DNA from: a bacterium
Lineage (GTDB): Bacteria > Zhuqueibacterota > Zhuqueibacteria > Oceanimicrobiales > Oceanimicrobiaceae
DNA length: 64,000 nucleotides
Assembly (NCBI GenBank): GCA_046757025.1
Contig: JBHHXN010000013.1
Coordinates: 1-64,000, forward strand
Direction: 5' to 3'
Shown: positions 10,434 through 21,706 of the stretch, one piece after another
Layout: each line of letters begins with the position of its first letter
How positions within the stretch are numbered: position 1 is the stretch's first letter
Notes under the pieces: generated by a model
The model's database searches: none
Seen by the model: the letters and a program-made list of their open reading frames with translations, nothing else
Told to the model about the DNA's origin: nothing
Position numbers and translations under genes: made by a program

Positions 10434-11777
10434 ATGATCAAGATTAAAAAAGGCTTGGATTTACCTATTCATGGGCAACCCCGGTTTGAGATCCATGACG
10501 CCAAAAAGCCGTCGCAAGTGGCCCTGCTTGGTGAAGATTATGTTGGCATGAAACCCACCATGATGGTAAAAGTCGGCGACGAGGTTAAGCTGGGACAGCT
10601 TTTGTTCACAGATAAAAAAATGCCGTCGGTGCGCTACACCTCACCGGGTGCGGGCAAGGTTGTGGCCATCAATCGCGGCTTAAAACGCGCGTTTTTGTCC
10701 ATCGTGATCCGTCTGGAAGGGAGCGCAGAACTGACATTTCAATCCTTTCCGGAAGGCAAGCTTTCTGCGCTCAACCGGAAAAAAGTCGTGGAAAACTTGC
10801 TTGAGTCTGGGTTGTGGACCGCTTTGCGGGCGCGGCCTTTCAGCAAAGTGGCGGATCCCGAAACCCAGCCGCATTCCATTTTCATCACCGCCATGGATAC
10901 CAACCCGTTGGGGCCGCCGGTGGAAAAGGTTCTGGACCGGCGCGAACGCAGCTTTAAAAATGGCCTCGCTGTTTTGTCACGGTTGACGGATGGCAAGCTA
11001 TTTCTTTGCAAAGCTCCTAATTCCACCGTTCCCACGGTGGAATTAGATGCACTGGTGGTTGAGGAGTTTGCGGGTCCGCACCCGGCCGGAAACCCGGGTA
11101 CCCACATTCATTTCCTGGACCCCGTGAGCCGCAACAAAACCGTGTGGCATGTTGGAGCGCAGGATGTGGCGGCCATCGGCGACCTGTTTACCAGCGGCCG
11201 GCTCAACATGCAACGAGTCATTTCTTTGGCCGGGCCGTCGGTGAAATCACCGCGTCTGTTGAAAACCCGAATCGGCGCCGCAGTGGCGGATTTGACCACC
11301 GATGAGCTGACAGGGGGAGAGAACCGAATTATCTCGGGTTCGGTTTTGTCGGGACGTACGGCCCGTGAAGAAACCGCTTATCTTGGGCGATTCCATCAGC
11401 AAATTTCCGTTGTGCCAGAAAATCGTCAAAAGCAATTTTTAGGCTGGCTTAGCCCGGGATTTAATTTGTATTCCGTAAAAAATGTGGTCATTTCAAAATG
11501 GTTGAATAAAAAAAGTTTCCATTTCACCACTTCCACCAACGGCGGCGTGCGCGCCATTGTGCCGGTAGGCAGCTACGAAAAAGTCATGCCGCTGGATATC
11601 TTACCAACTTTTTTGTTGCGAGCGTTGGCGGTGGACGATGTGGAAGAGGCCGAGCAGCTTGGCTGCCTGGAGCTGGATGAGGAAGACCTGGCGCTCTGCA
11701 CGTATGTTTGTCCTTCGAAAATAGATCACGGTCTGTCGCTCAGAAGAAATTTAACCTTAATCGAAAAGGAAGGATAG
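10434..11777 (+). CDS. nqrA: Na+-translocating NADH:quinone reductase subunit A
   Basis: [18 protein letters not shown] and [17 protein letters not shown]; first gene of the nqr operon. Confidence 0.97.
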   Translation: MIKIKKGLDLPIHGQPRFEIHDAKKPSQVALLGEDYVGMKPTMMVKVGDEVKLGQLLFTDKKMPSVRYTSPGAGKVVAINRGLKRAFLSIVIRLEGSAELTFQSFPEGKLSALNRKKVVENLLESGLWTALRARPFSKVADPETQPHSIFITAMDTNPLGPPVEKVLDRRERSFKNGLAVLSRLTDGKLFLCKAPNSTVPTVELDALVVEEFAGPHPAGNPGTHIHFLDPVSRNKTVWHVGAQDVAAIGDLFTSGRLNMQRVISLAGPSVKSPRLLKTRIGAAVADLTTDELTGGENRIISGSVLSGRTAREETAYLGRFHQQISVVPENRQKQFLGWLSPGFNLYSVKNVVISKWLNKKSFHFTTSTNGGVRAIVPVGSYEKVMPLDILPTFLLRALAVDDVEEAEQLGCLELDEEDLALCTYVCPSKIDHGLSLRRNLTLIEKEG

Positions 11778-12979
11778 TGAAAGTTTTAAGAAAATTTCTC
11801 GATAGTCAGGAGAAACATTTTGTAGAGGGTGGTAAATTAGCGAGACTTTATCCGCTTTATGAAGCGCTGGACACCTTTGCCTTTACTTCCGGGAAGGTGA
11901 CAAAAACCGCTTCTCATGTTCGGGATGCACTGGATTTAAAACGCATGATGATGGTGGTGGTGTACGCACTGCTGCCAGCGGTTGCCATGGCGCTATACAA
12001 TACCGGCTTGCAGGCAAATTTAGCCCTGAATAAACTCGGCGTCTCTGCTGTGGCGGGATGGCGCGGCAGCGTGCTTTCATGGCTCGGTGTGGGGCTCAAT
12101 CCCGAAAGTATTTTCGGAAACATGATGCATGGCGCTTTGTATTTTTTGCCGGTGTACGCGGTGACCATCGCCGTCGGCGGCTTCTGGGAGGTGGTGTTTG
12201 CTTCGGTGAGAAAGCATGAAATAAACGAAGGATTTTTGGTGACGAGCTTGCTGTTTCCTTTGATCTTGCCGCCAAACATTCCCTGGTGGCAGGTGGCCAT
12301 CGGCATCTCCTTTGGTGTGGTGATCGGTAAGGAAATTTTTGGCGGTGTGGGAAAAAACATTTTGAATCCGGCTTTGACTGCGCGCGCGTTCCTGTTTTTT
12401 GCTTATCCCGCGCAAATTTCCGGCGATGCCGTGTGGGTGGCCGTGGACGGATTCAGCAGAGCCACACCCCTGGCGGAAGTGGCGGATCCGGCGTTGAAAT
12501 TAAGCGTCTCCTGGAGCGACGCCTTTTTGGGCATCATGCCGGGTTCCATGGGAGAAACCTCGACGCTCGCGTGCTTGATCGGGGCGTTGGTTTTGATCGC
12601 CACCGGCATCGGTTCCTGGCGCATCATGCTCAGCATTGTTGTGGGAATGGTCGGGCTTTCGTCCTTGCTGAATGTCATCGGCAGCGATACCAATGCCATG
12701 TTTCATTTGACTCCCGTTTGGCATTTTGTGCTGGGAGGTTTTGCGTTTGGCGCGGTTTTCATGGCCACGGATCCAGTGAGCGCGGCCATGACCGAGGCCG
12801 GCAAGTACGTTTACGGTCTGTTTATCGGGATGCTGGTGGTGCTCATTCGCGTGATTAATCCCGCTTTTCCGGAAGGCATGATGCTGGCTATTTTGTTTGG
12901 AAACGTATTTGCTCCGATAATCGATAGAATCGTGATCAACAAAAATATCAAGAGGAGATTACTGAGAAATGTCCAATGA
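11777..12979 (+). CDS. nqrB: NQR subunit B
   Basis: GTG start overlapping the nqr[34 protein letters not shown] site DGFSRAT. Confidence 0.96.
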   Translation: MKVLRKFLDSQEKHFVEGGKLARLYPLYEALDTFAFTSGKVTKTASHVRDALDLKRMMMVVVYALLPAVAMALYNTGLQANLALNKLGVSAVAGWRGSVLSWLGVGLNPESIFGNMMHGALYFLPVYAVTIAVGGFWEVVFASVRKHEINEGFLVTSLLFPLILPPNIPWWQVAIGISFGVVIGKEIFGGVGKNILNPALTARAFLFFAYPAQISGDAVWVAVDGFSRATPLAEVADPALKLSVSWSDAFLGIMPGSMGETSTLACLIGALVLIATGIGSWRIMLSIVVGMVGLSSLLNVIGSDTNAMFHLTPVWHFVLGGFAFGAVFMATDPVSAAMTEAGKYVYGLFIGMLVVLIRVINPAFPEGMMLAILFGNVFAPIIDRIVINKNIKRRLLRNVQ

Positions 12980-13760
12980 CAGCATAAAAAAAACCATCGT
13001 CGTTGCGCTGGGCGTTTGCATGGTTTGCTCCATTCTGGTTTCCACCGCGGCGGTAACGTTAAATGCTATTCAGACAGAAAATAAAAAACTGGACAAAGTT
13101 AAAAATATCCTGTTAGTCGGCGATCTGTACCACGAGGGAATGGATATCAAGCAGACTTACGAGGAAAAAATAGAGCCGACCATCATTGATTTGAGTACCG
13201 GCGAAATGGTTCCAGAGTCGAGATTCGACGAGGTCCTGAACATTGAAAATTATGATATGAAAAATTTGGCCGCACATCCTGAATATGGGAAAGTCATACC
13301 AGCAGAAAAAGATCTCGCTGGGATCAAACGGATGCCGAAATATATGCTCATTTATCTCGTAAAGGAAAATGAGCATACTGAGAAAATCATCCTGCCGATT
13401 TACGGCAAAGGGCTATGGTCCACTTTGTACGGTTTTATGGCGCTGGATAAGGATTTAAAAACCATCAGGGGCTTGACTTTTTACGAACACGGTGAAACGC
13501 CCGGGCTCGGCGGGGAAGTGGATAACCCCACCTGGAAACAAAGCTGGAAAGGCAAACAAGCCTTCGATGAAAACGGCCAGGTCAAAATTCAAGTTATCAA
13601 GGGCAAAGTGGATAAATCGCGAGCCGATGCCAGATATAAGATCGACGGTCTGTCTGGTTCCACGCTGACCACGCGCGGCGTGGACAACCTGGTGAAATTT
13701 TGGCTGGGGGATTCGGGATATGGAATTTTTCTTAAGAAATTGCAAGAGGAGTTAATATAA
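12969..13760 (+). CDS. nqrC: NQR subunit C
   Basis: [16 protein letters not shown] and DGLSGSTLT. Confidence 0.96.
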   Translation: MSNDSIKKTIVVALGVCMVCSILVSTAAVTLNAIQTENKKLDKVKNILLVGDLYHEGMDIKQTYEEKIEPTIIDLSTGEMVPESRFDEVLNIENYDMKNLAAHPEYGKVIPAEKDLAGIKRMPKYMLIYLVKENEHTEKIILPIYGKGLWSTLYGFMALDKDLKTIRGLTFYEHGETPGLGGEVDNPTWKQSWKGKQAFDENGQVKIQVIKGKVDKSRADARYKIDGLSGSTLTTRGVDNLVKFWLGDSGYGIFLKKLQEELI

Positions 13761-14380
13761 TGAACAAGTACCGCAAGGTCCTGGTTGACCCCATTTTTAA
13801 CAACAATCCCATCGGATTGCAGATCCTGGGAATTTGTTCAGCTTTGGCAGTGACCTCGAAATTGGAAACCTCCATCGTCATGTCGCTGGCGGTGATTTTT
13901 GTGGTTGCTTTTTCGAATCTGTCGGTGAGTTTTATACGAAACCATATCCCGAGCAGTATCCGAATTTTGGTTGAAATGACCATCATCGCTTCGCTTGTGA
14001 TCATTGCGGATCAATTTATACGGGCTTATGCTTACGACATCAGCAAGCAACTTTCGATATTTGTGGGGCTTATCATTACAAATTGTATTATTATGGGGCG
14101 GGCAGAAGCTTATGCTTTGAAAAATCCACCGGTGGCCAGTTTCATTGACGGCATTGGTAACGGTCTGGGCTACAGCGTGGTGCTGCTGATCGTTGGCTTT
14201 TTTAGAGAATTGTTGGGATCCGGTAAACTGGTGGGTATTTCGGTATTGCCGTTAAATACGGAAGGCGGGTGGTATATTCCGAATGGCATGTTTCTTTTGC
14301 CACCCAGTGCCTTTTTTCTGATCGGGTTGTTAATTTGGGTTCTCAGAACCTGGAAACCAGAACAAGTAGAAGAGGATTGA
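13760..14380 (+). CDS. nqrD: NQR subunit D
   Basis: [18 protein letters not shown] and [11 protein letters not shown]. Confidence 0.97.
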   Translation: MNKYRKVLVDPIFNNNPIGLQILGICSALAVTSKLETSIVMSLAVIFVVAFSNLSVSFIRNHIPSSIRILVEMTIIASLVIIADQFIRAYAYDISKQLSIFVGLIITNCIIMGRAEAYALKNPPVASFIDGIGNGLGYSVVLLIVGFFRELLGSGKLVGISVLPLNTEGGWYIPNGMFLLPPSAFFLIGLLIWVLRTWKPEQVEED

Positions 14381-14383
14381 GTC

Positions 14384-14995
14384 ATGTTTGAACATTATTT
14401 GAGTTTATTCATTAAATCCATTTTTATTGAAAACTTGGCGCTGGCCTTTTTTCTTGGTATGTGTACTTACCTGGCGGTGTCCAAAAAAGTCGAAACCGCC
14501 ATGGGGCTGGGCATCGCCGTAATCTTGGTGCAGGCGATTACCATTCCTGTGAACAATTTGATCTACAATAATGTGCTGCGCCCAGGCGCCATGAGCTGGG
14601 CGGGACTACCCGATGTGGATCTGACTTTTTTGGGACTCATCACTTACATCGGCGTCATCGCGGCCATGGTGCAGATTTTGGAAATGGCACTCGACAAATT
14701 CGTTCCGAAACTGTACAACGCCCTCGGAATCTTTTTGCCGCTGATTACGGTTAATTGTGCTATTCTTGGCGGCTCGCTGTTTATGGTCGAGCGCAATTAC
14801 AATTTCGCGGAAAGCGTCGTCTATGGGTTTGGTTCCGGTACAGGGTGGGCGCTGGCGATTATCGGTCTGGCTGGCATCCGAGAAAAAATGAAATACAGCG
14901 ATGTCCCCAAAGGGTTGAGGGGTCTGGGTATCACTTTTATCACGGTGGGACTCATGGCCATGGCGTTTATGTTATTTTCTGGAATTCAATTGTAA
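14384..14995 (+). CDS. nqrE: NQR subunit E
   Basis: [12 protein letters not shown] and [10 protein letters not shown]. Confidence 0.97.
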   Translation: MFEHYLSLFIKSIFIENLALAFFLGMCTYLAVSKKVETAMGLGIAVILVQAITIPVNNLIYNNVLRPGAMSWAGLPDVDLTFLGLITYIGVIAAMVQILEMALDKFVPKLYNALGIFLPLITVNCAILGGSLFMVERNYNFAESVVYGFGSGTGWALAIIGLAGIREKMKYSDVPKGLRGLGITFITVGLMAMAFMLFSGIQL

Positions 14996-15010
14996 ACGAG
15001 GATAGGATTT

Positions 15011-16246
15011 ATGACAGGACTTAGTCTCATTTTACTCGGCGTAGTCATGTTCACGCTCATTGTGTTGGCACTGGTGATGGTGATTCTTCTTGCCAAGTCA
15101 AAGTTAGTGGTCAGTGGCAATGTAAAAATTTACATTAATGATGACCCCGATCATACGCTTGTGGTGCCTATGGGAGAAAAACTTTTGAACGCTCTGGCGA
15201 ATATGAGAATTTTTATTCCCTCGGCTTGCGGTGGCGGCGGTACCTGCGGTGAATGCAAATTGATCGTCAAAGAGGGTGGGGGTGATGTTTTACCCACCGA
15301 AACTTCGAAGTTAAATAGAAAACAGGTGCGGGAGAAATACCGCCTTTCCTGTCAGGTACCCGTCAAAAGGGATTTGAAAATCGAAGTTCCGGCGGAAGTG
15401 TTTGACATTAAAAAATGGGATTGTACAGTGCGCTCAAATCACAACGTGGCTACCTTTATCAAAGAGCTGGTGCTGGAACTGCCTGCGGGGGAAAGTGTTG
15501 ATTTTCGCGCGGGCGGCTACATTCAAATCGAAGCGCCGCCGCATGAGGTGCGATATGAAGATTTTGATGTGGAAGAGGAATACCGTCCCGATTGGGACAA
15601 GTATCATCTTTGGCGTTATGTTTCGAAAGTGAACCAGCCCATCGTGCGAGCTTATTCCATGGCAAACTACCCGGAAGAAAAAGGCATTATCATGCTCAAT
15701 GTCCGAATCGCCACGCCGCCGCCATCTAAACCGGATGTGCCGCCAGGCCAGATGTCCTCCTATATTTTTAGCTTGAAACCGGGCGATAGCGTGACCATTT
15801 CCGGACCTTACGGTGAATTTTTTGCTAAAGATACCGACGCTGAAATGGTGTTCATCGGTGGTGGCGCCGGCATGGCTCCCATGCGCTCACACATTTTCGA
15901 TCAGTTGAAAAGAATCAAAACCAAGAGGAAAATAACCTTCTGGTACGGGGCCAGAAGTTTGCGCGAGATGTTTTACGTGGAGGATTTCAACAAATTAGCC
16001 GAAGAAAACGATAATTTTGAATGGCACATCGGGCTTTCGGAACCGTTGCCCGAAGACAACTGGACCGGCCACACGGGCTTCATCCATCAAATTCTCTACG
16101 ACAACTACCTGAAAGATCATCCCGCTCCGGAGGACTGCGAATATTACATGTGCGGTCCACCCATGATGAACAGCGCCGTAATCAAAATGTTAGATGATCT
16201 CGGTGTGGAGCCTGAAAACATCATGCTGGATGATTTCGGAGGATAG
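15011..16246 (+). CDS. nqrF: NQR subunit F
   Basis: [10 protein letters not shown] [2Fe-2S] motif, [19 protein letters not shown]; ends LDDFGG. Confidence 0.98.
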   Translation: MTGLSLILLGVVMFTLIVLALVMVILLAKSKLVVSGNVKIYINDDPDHTLVVPMGEKLLNALANMRIFIPSACGGGGTCGECKLIVKEGGGDVLPTETSKLNRKQVREKYRLSCQVPVKRDLKIEVPAEVFDIKKWDCTVRSNHNVATFIKELVLELPAGESVDFRAGGYIQIEAPPHEVRYEDFDVEEEYRPDWDKYHLWRYVSKVNQPIVRAYSMANYPEEKGIIMLNVRIATPPPSKPDVPPGQMSSYIFSLKPGDSVTISGPYGEFFAKDTDAEMVFIGGGAGMAPMRSHIFDQLKRIKTKRKITFWYGARSLREMFYVEDFNKLAEENDNFEWHIGLSEPLPEDNWTGHTGFIHQILYDNYLKDHPAPEDCEYYMCGPPMMNSAVIKMLDDLGVEPENIMLDDFGG

Positions 16247-16346
16247 CCAGGACTCCTTCCGCAATATGTTCGATTCGTTTGCTTGATGAAGGTAGTTTCT
16301 CAGGCATGCAGAACTATTTGGGTAAGCGGGAAGTTTTTTAACACTC

Positions 16347-16547
16347 TGTCATTCCGAGCACAAATTCCTGTTGTGAGGTTTATTTACCAGAATTTACGGA
16401 GCGAAAAATCTGGTTCGGCTGGTTTACCAGATTCTTCGCCCATTATCTGAGGTGAAAACAATCGAATTTGGCGATCTTTGTGCTTCTAAGAAATGGCAGT
16501 TTCTTACTGAATGAACTACAGTCGGTAGTGTAAACCTCAGAATGACA
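16347..16547. repeat. GTCAT-type REP/BIME-like nested palindrome
   Basis: Outer arms TGTCATTCCGAG / CTCAGAATGACA; inner arms GCGAAAAATCTGGT / ACCAGATTCTTCGC. Confidence 0.65.
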
Positions 16548-16574
16548 AACTTTCGTTGTAATAATCGTGTTTGA

Positions 16575-16713
16575 ATGAAAACTCGAAAATGCGCGATAAA
16601 GAATCTCTTATGCGAAGGTGTCCCAACTACAAAGCTCACGACAGGCCCCGCCGAGCGAAGGAGGGATTACCCTCGGCCAGGAAGCCTTCAGGGAGGAGAG
16701 GGATCGTTTTCAT
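16575..16713. repeat. Dispersed repeat, copy 1 (related to 49969-50010)
   Basis: ATGAAAAC / GTTTTCAT ends; the 3' ~45 bp (ACCCTCGGCCAGGA...GAGAGG(G)ATCGTTTTCAT) recurs at 49969-50010. Confidence 0.6.
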
Positions 16714-16772
16714 ACAGGTGCTAAATAGCAAGCACTTTTGATAATACATTTTTCAAAAATAAGGAGAGTGAG

Positions 16773-17237
16773 ATGAAAACCGCAGAAGATATCATTAATG
16801 AAAAAAGTTCAGATATGATCTGGGTTTCTCCGGACACCACCATTGAGGAAGCGTTGAAGATCATGGTTGAAAACCGCTTCGGTTCTATGGTGATCAAAGA
16901 TGGCGAGAAAATTGTCGGAATCTGGACCGAACGCGACCTCATGGAGGATATTCTAACAAAGGGATTTGATCCGAAAAAAGCCAAAATCGGTGATTATATG
17001 ACCAAAGATCTCATCACCGCTCCGCACACTGACACGGTTTATCATTTGCTGGACAAATTTCTTGGGCTGCGTCAGCGCCATCTCTTTATCGAAAAGGAGG
17101 GAAAGTACATCGGTCTGCTTTCCACCGGCGATGTGATTCGCGCCGGTTTACTGGAGAAGGATCGCGAGCTCAGCGAGCTCAATGCCATGGTAAGCTGGAA
17201 TTTTTACGAAGACTGGAAGTGGAAAAAGAAAAAATAA
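16773..17237 (+). CDS. CBS domain protein
   Basis: Tandem CBS pair (VGIWTERD, IGLLSTGD); AAGGAG RBS. Confidence 0.9.
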   Translation: MKTAEDIINEKSSDMIWVSPDTTIEEALKIMVENRFGSMVIKDGEKIVGIWTERDLMEDILTKGFDPKKAKIGDYMTKDLITAPHTDTVYHLLDKFLGLRQRHLFIEKEGKYIGLLSTGDVIRAGLLEKDRELSELNAMVSWNFYEDWKWKKKK

Positions 17238-17283
17238 AATACCAATCGCCACCTGTTAAAATTGAGAATAGAAAATCATTAGA

Positions 17284-18324
17284 ATGATGCTGCAAACGAA
17301 ACGGCTGATTTCACTTCTCCTGTTGGTGTGTCTAATCGGCTGTAAAAATGACGAACCAACAACCGATTTGCTCGTCATTGAAGGCAACACCATGGGCACC
17401 ACGTTCGTGGTGAAGATGGTGAAAAATACTGGACAAATGCCGGATCTGAATTCTGAAGAATTGGAGACCGCCATCGATGAAATTCTGCTGCAGGTCAATC
17501 AGCAAATGTCCACCTACCTACCGGATTCGGAAATTTCTCAATTCAACCGTTCTGAAGGCTCGGACTGGTTTGCCATTTCCAGCGATTTTGCGAGAGTGTT
17601 AACCGCGGCGCTTGAAATAGCTAAAAAGTCAAACGGCGCATTTGATCCCACAGTCGGGCCGCTGGTCAATCTCTGGGGATTCGGGCCTGAGCATCTAGCG
17701 GCTTTGATTCCATCCGATGAGGAGATTCGGAAGAAAAAAGCCCTGACCGGATATGAAAAGATTGCCGTGAGAGCCGAGCCGCCGGCCGTGCGAAAAACTT
17801 TACCCGGAGTGTACTGCGACCTGTCTGCCATCGCCAAAGGATTTGGTGTGGACCGCGTAGCAGAGTATTTAGAAACCAGCGGGATAACAAACTACATGGT
17901 CGAAATCGGCGGTGAAGTGCGGGTGAAAGGCCGTGGCCCCACCGGGCAGATGTGGCGGATCGGCGTCGAATCGCCGGACGATCCCAGTGGTCTGCAAATG
18001 GTTTTGCATCTGAAAGATAATGCCCTGGCCACTTCGGGCGACTATTTCAATTACTTTGAAAAAGACGGCGTACGCTACTCACACACAATTGATCCCCGCA
18101 CCGGCAAACCCATCATGCATAAATTGGCGTCGGTGACGGTGTTGCATAAATCGTGTATGCTAGCGGATGGCTTCGCCACCGCCATTAATGTTTTAGGCCC
18201 TGTGGACGGATTTGAATTAGCCGTGCAGCAGGAACTCCTTGTCTATCTGATCGTAAGAGGAGAACACGGATTCGAGGAAAAAATGACGCCAGCGTTTGAA
18301 AATTTCATCTTTCATAAAAATTAA
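17284..18324 (+). CDS. apbE: FAD:protein FMN transferase lipoprotein
   Basis: LIGC lipobox; TMGT, AFDPTVGPL, SAIAKG, ATSGDY, SHTIDPRTG, ADGFAT. Confidence 0.95.
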   Translation: MMLQTKRLISLLLLVCLIGCKNDEPTTDLLVIEGNTMGTTFVVKMVKNTGQMPDLNSEELETAIDEILLQVNQQMSTYLPDSEISQFNRSEGSDWFAISSDFARVLTAALEIAKKSNGAFDPTVGPLVNLWGFGPEHLAALIPSDEEIRKKKALTGYEKIAVRAEPPAVRKTLPGVYCDLSAIAKGFGVDRVAEYLETSGITNYMVEIGGEVRVKGRGPTGQMWRIGVESPDDPSGLQMVLHLKDNALATSGDYFNYFEKDGVRYSHTIDPRTGKPIMHKLASVTVLHKSCMLADGFATAINVLGPVDGFELAVQQELLVYLIVRGEHGFEEKMTPAFENFIFHKN

Positions 18325-18338
18325 AAAAGAATTAATTT

Positions 18339-18539
18339 ATGCTTCAGTATATAGTGGTATTTGGTTTTTTTGTCGGTGCCTTTGTTTTGTTCGCACTCAG
18401 TTTGCATTTCAGTCAATACAAAAAAAGAAGCTCGGGCTGCTGCAGTGAGGGTTTGGAGGGATTGGAAAACTTTTCAATTAAAGAAGATGCGTGCTACACC
18501 TGTCCGAACAAAGAGACCGACATTTGTATTTCTGACTGA
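18339..18539 (+). CDS. Small single-TM Cys-rich protein, NqrM-like
   Basis: One TM helix, then KKRSSGCC and CYTC; directly after apbE. Confidence 0.55.
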   Translation: MLQYIVVFGFFVGAFVLFALSLHFSQYKKRSSGCCSEGLEGLENFSIKEDACYTCPNKETDICISD

Positions 18540-18873
18540 AATACGCCCGCTTTTCTAAGTGCTTGTCGTCCTGACTTCCTTTTCATTTCTCTTACCTCTT
18601 GCTAATCATTCCGGCATATAAACTCGCAGTTAAAGATCGCTTATTCTTTTCATACAGTGACTGTCGGCGGTTTGTTGATAAATTTCCGGACCTTTGCTAA
18701 CACCTTTTTATTTCGTTTAAAAAAAAGGAGTTCGAATATTAAATTGCATTTGCTCTTAATCACATCGTTTGTTGATGGATTTCAAAAATGAACATTCATC
18801 TTTCAAAATTTTGTGAAGGTTGCAATTCATCACCAGGATTTTTATTTTAGAATTGAAAAAGTGAAACAGAATT

Positions 18874-21069
18874 ATGCGGTTTTCAAGATTAAGAATATAC
18901 CTTTTTTGTGCGGTTTATATTTTGAACGGCCCTCCTGGGCCAGCGCAGGCACAGGAGCGGCCTAAAATTGGATTGGTGCTGAGCGGCGGTGGGGCCAAAG
19001 GCTTTGCACATATCGGCGTTCTCAAAGTGATCGAAGAAATCGGTTTGCCCATCGATTACATCACGGGCACCAGTATCGGCAGCATCCTCGGAGGATTGTA
19101 TGCTGTGGGCTACAACGCGCGCGATCTCGAAGAAATCGCCCTTTACACCGACTGGAATGAAATGTTCACCGATGAAGTCGGAAGACGCGCGTTAGGCATG
19201 GAGCAAAAGATGTGGGATGGAAGATACATCGCGTCTCTGCCCATCCGAAACAAGAAGGTGCAATTACCATCCGGTTTGATCGCCGGTCAAAAAATCTCAC
19301 AAAAACTTGCACGTCTGACTTTGCCTGTGCACGGGGTGGATAATTTCGCGGATTTGCCCATTCCCTTCGCCTGTGTGGCCACCGATATCGTGTCCGGCAA
19401 AGCAGTGGTGCTCAAGGAGGGTTTTTTACCCGACGCCATTCGCGCCAGCATGGCGCTGCCTTCTATTTTTACCCCCATTAAAATCGGCAAACATCTGTTG
19501 GTGGATGGTGGACTGGTGCGCAATTTTCCCGTTGAGGATGTGAAAAATTACGGAGCCGACATCGTCATCGGAGTGGATGTCAGCGCACCGCTGCACCAGG
19601 AGGAGGAGTTGAAATCGTTCGTGAACATTTTAGACCAGGCCATCAGCATCATGAGCGTGAATTCCACACTGCAGCAGCGTCAGCTTTGCGATGTGCTGAT
19701 CCTGCCAGACGTGAAAGACATGACGATGTTAAATTTTAATGAAATCGACACGCTGTTCGCGCGCGGGGAGTCCGCAGCCCGAAACATGCTGCCGCAATTG
19801 CTTGCCATCAAAGACTCGCTGGCGCAGTTTACTTTTCAATGGCAGGCGCCGCAAAAACATCTACCCGATTCTGTTTATATCGTGAACATCCGAATCGCTG
19901 GCCTTACCAATGTCTCCCGAAAACTGATTCTCTCCGAGCTGGGCCTGCACTCGCCGGGTTGGTGCCAGTTGGATGAGCTCGAAGCGGCCATTGCTCGGGT
20001 TTACAGCGCGCAATTATTTGAGCGGGTCACCTATCAAATCAAACCTGTGAAAACCGGGGCCGTCTTGCATTTAAAGGTTATTGAAAAAAGTGAACATTTG
20101 TTTCGGTTTGGTCTGCGCTTCGATAGTCGAAATGAAACCACGCTGTTGCTGAACACCGTTTTCAGGAATCTGGTGCGTAAAGGCTCCTTTTTAAATCTGG
20201 ATTTGAAGTTAGGCGAACAAATTGGATTTGACAGTCAATACTTTTTTCATCTGGGTCTGCGTCCCCGATTTGGCTTTCGCGCTCGCTTGAATTATTTTGA
20301 AGAGCTGCTGGATGTATTCCGAGATGCTCGTCGGGAAGCGCAGCTGGAGGTGAAGTCGGCTGGCGTGGAAGCCTTGCTGGGTACGCTCTTTTCCACACAA
20401 GTGGTGGCGGGCTTCGGGCTGCGCAGTGAGATCTTCGAAGTGTCTCCCAAAATTGCACCGCCGGATTTTCCTTCGCAGCAAAACGAACTTTTGTTACTGT
20501 TAGCTCTGGTGTGGGTGGATACCTTCAATCGGGCGAATTTTCCCAGCAGCGGAGTATTCTTGTTGGTGCGGAACGAATTTGGCGACAACCGTTTTGGCCA
20601 ATTTTCGGATTTTTCACGACATTTGTTTGCTTTCAAAGGGGCGCTGCCCCTGCATCGAAAACTTTCATTGTTGAGTGAAATCTGGCTTGGCACCACCAAA
20701 GGCAGGGAACTGCCTTCCCATTATCAGTTCATTCTTGGCGGGGTAGATTCTCCCCTCGTTTTCGGTGAAACCGTCCTCACCAGTACCTCATTTTTGGGCT
20801 TTAAATCTCAGGAATTTGTGGGGCCGCACGTGCAGTTTGTACAATTAGGCCTCCAGTATGAAATTTTTTCCAGGATATTTGTCCAGCTTCGCATGAACGC
20901 CGGCAACACCTTTGCCGAGTGGAATAAACAGATCACCAAGAGTCGGTTTGAGTCGGGAATTGGAATCACGCTGGGCGCCTTGACGCCATTAGGGCCGTTG
21001 GAGCTGACCTTGATGGGTGGCAGCCGCCACGCTTTTCTCTCGCATTTCAATCTTGGATTCAAATTTTAA
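18874..21069 (+). CDS. Patatin-like phospholipase with POTRA and beta-barrel (PlpD/type Vd-like)
   Basis: Signal peptide; LSGGGAKG, GTSIG and DGG motifs; barrel ending NLGFKF. Confidence 0.88.
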   Translation: MRFSRLRIYLFCAVYILNGPPGPAQAQERPKIGLVLSGGGAKGFAHIGVLKVIEEIGLPIDYITGTSIGSILGGLYAVGYNARDLEEIALYTDWNEMFTDEVGRRALGMEQKMWDGRYIASLPIRNKKVQLPSGLIAGQKISQKLARLTLPVHGVDNFADLPIPFACVATDIVSGKAVVLKEGFLPDAIRASMALPSIFTPIKIGKHLLVDGGLVRNFPVEDVKNYGADIVIGVDVSAPLHQEEELKSFVNILDQAISIMSVNSTLQQRQLCDVLILPDVKDMTMLNFNEIDTLFARGESAARNMLPQLLAIKDSLAQFTFQWQAPQKHLPDSVYIVNIRIAGLTNVSRKLILSELGLHSPGWCQLDELEAAIARVYSAQLFERVTYQIKPVKTGAVLHLKVIEKSEHLFRFGLRFDSRNETTLLLNTVFRNLVRKGSFLNLDLKLGEQIGFDSQYFFHLGLRPRFGFRARLNYFEELLDVFRDARREAQLEVKSAGVEALLGTLFSTQVVAGFGLRSEIFEVSPKIAPPDFPSQQNELLLLLALVWVDTFNRANFPSSGVFLLVRNEFGDNRFGQFSDFSRHLFAFKGALPLHRKLSLLSEIWLGTTKGRELPSHYQFILGGVDSPLVFGETVLTSTSFLGFKSQEFVGPHVQFVQLGLQYEIFSRIFVQLRMNAGNTFAEWNKQITKSRFESGIGITLGALTPLGPLELTLMGGSRHAFLSHFNLGFKF

Positions 21070-21101
21070 CGGCCCTTTTACTTAGGATGTGAAGCCATGT
21101 G

Positions 21102-21322
21102 TACGGCTATCCAGTTTGCTCAGAAACGGGGTTATTACTGAATTCAGTATTTAAAAGAATGCTATAGTCAGTCATTCCCGCGAAAGCGGGAATCCATTTA
21201 GAAACAAAGATTTGAGGCGGTCGAAACCTCTGGATGCCCGCCTTCGCGGGCATGACGATTAAGGTTTATATCAATCGAAAAGAGCTTTTATAAGTTCAAG
21301 CTGAGTTAACTGGATAGCCGTA
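21102..21322. mobile_element. MITE (221 bp) with 22-bp TIRs and a 9-bp target-site duplication
   Basis: TACGGCTATCCAGTTTGCTCAG / CTGAGTTAACTGGATAGCCGTA (20/22); AGCCATGTG at both 21093-21101 and 21323-21331. Confidence 0.85.
21171..21256. repeat. REP doublet inside the MITE
   Basis: GTCATTCCCGCGAAAGCGGGAATCCA ... TGGATGCCCGCCTTCGCGGGCATGAC (inverted pair). Confidence 0.85.
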
Positions 21323-21608
21323 AGCCATGTGTGTACGATTTAAAAAACATTTGATAGAATTTCTGCAGGACATCCTCCCCGTTCTCTTTCCAAGATTTCT
21401 ATTTTGGAACGCAAGTGTGGAGTAACTCTGATTCGGATGACTCCTATAATAGCAGAGAAACTGAATCCATTGCCCGTACGCTTGTCCTATATTTTTCGAG
21501 CGGCGGGCTGGAGCCACGATGGCAGCAAACAAACCGTGAAACAGCATAGAGCAAGGGAGTGGCAGCTTACTGCTTGATTAAAAATGAAATTGGATGAAAT
21601 AAATTATA

Positions 21609-21637
21609 TTGACATTTTAATAGAAGCAGTTTATATT
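21609..21637 (+). promoter_or_regulatory. Sigma70-type promoter
   Basis: TTGACA-17 bp-TATATT upstream of 21707. Confidence 0.65.
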
Positions 21638-21706
21638 TTGTTCTTAATTTATCAGGGCATATAGAGACGTTTGTCCGTTTAATACTTCAGGTGAAAAGAA
21701 GCGAGT

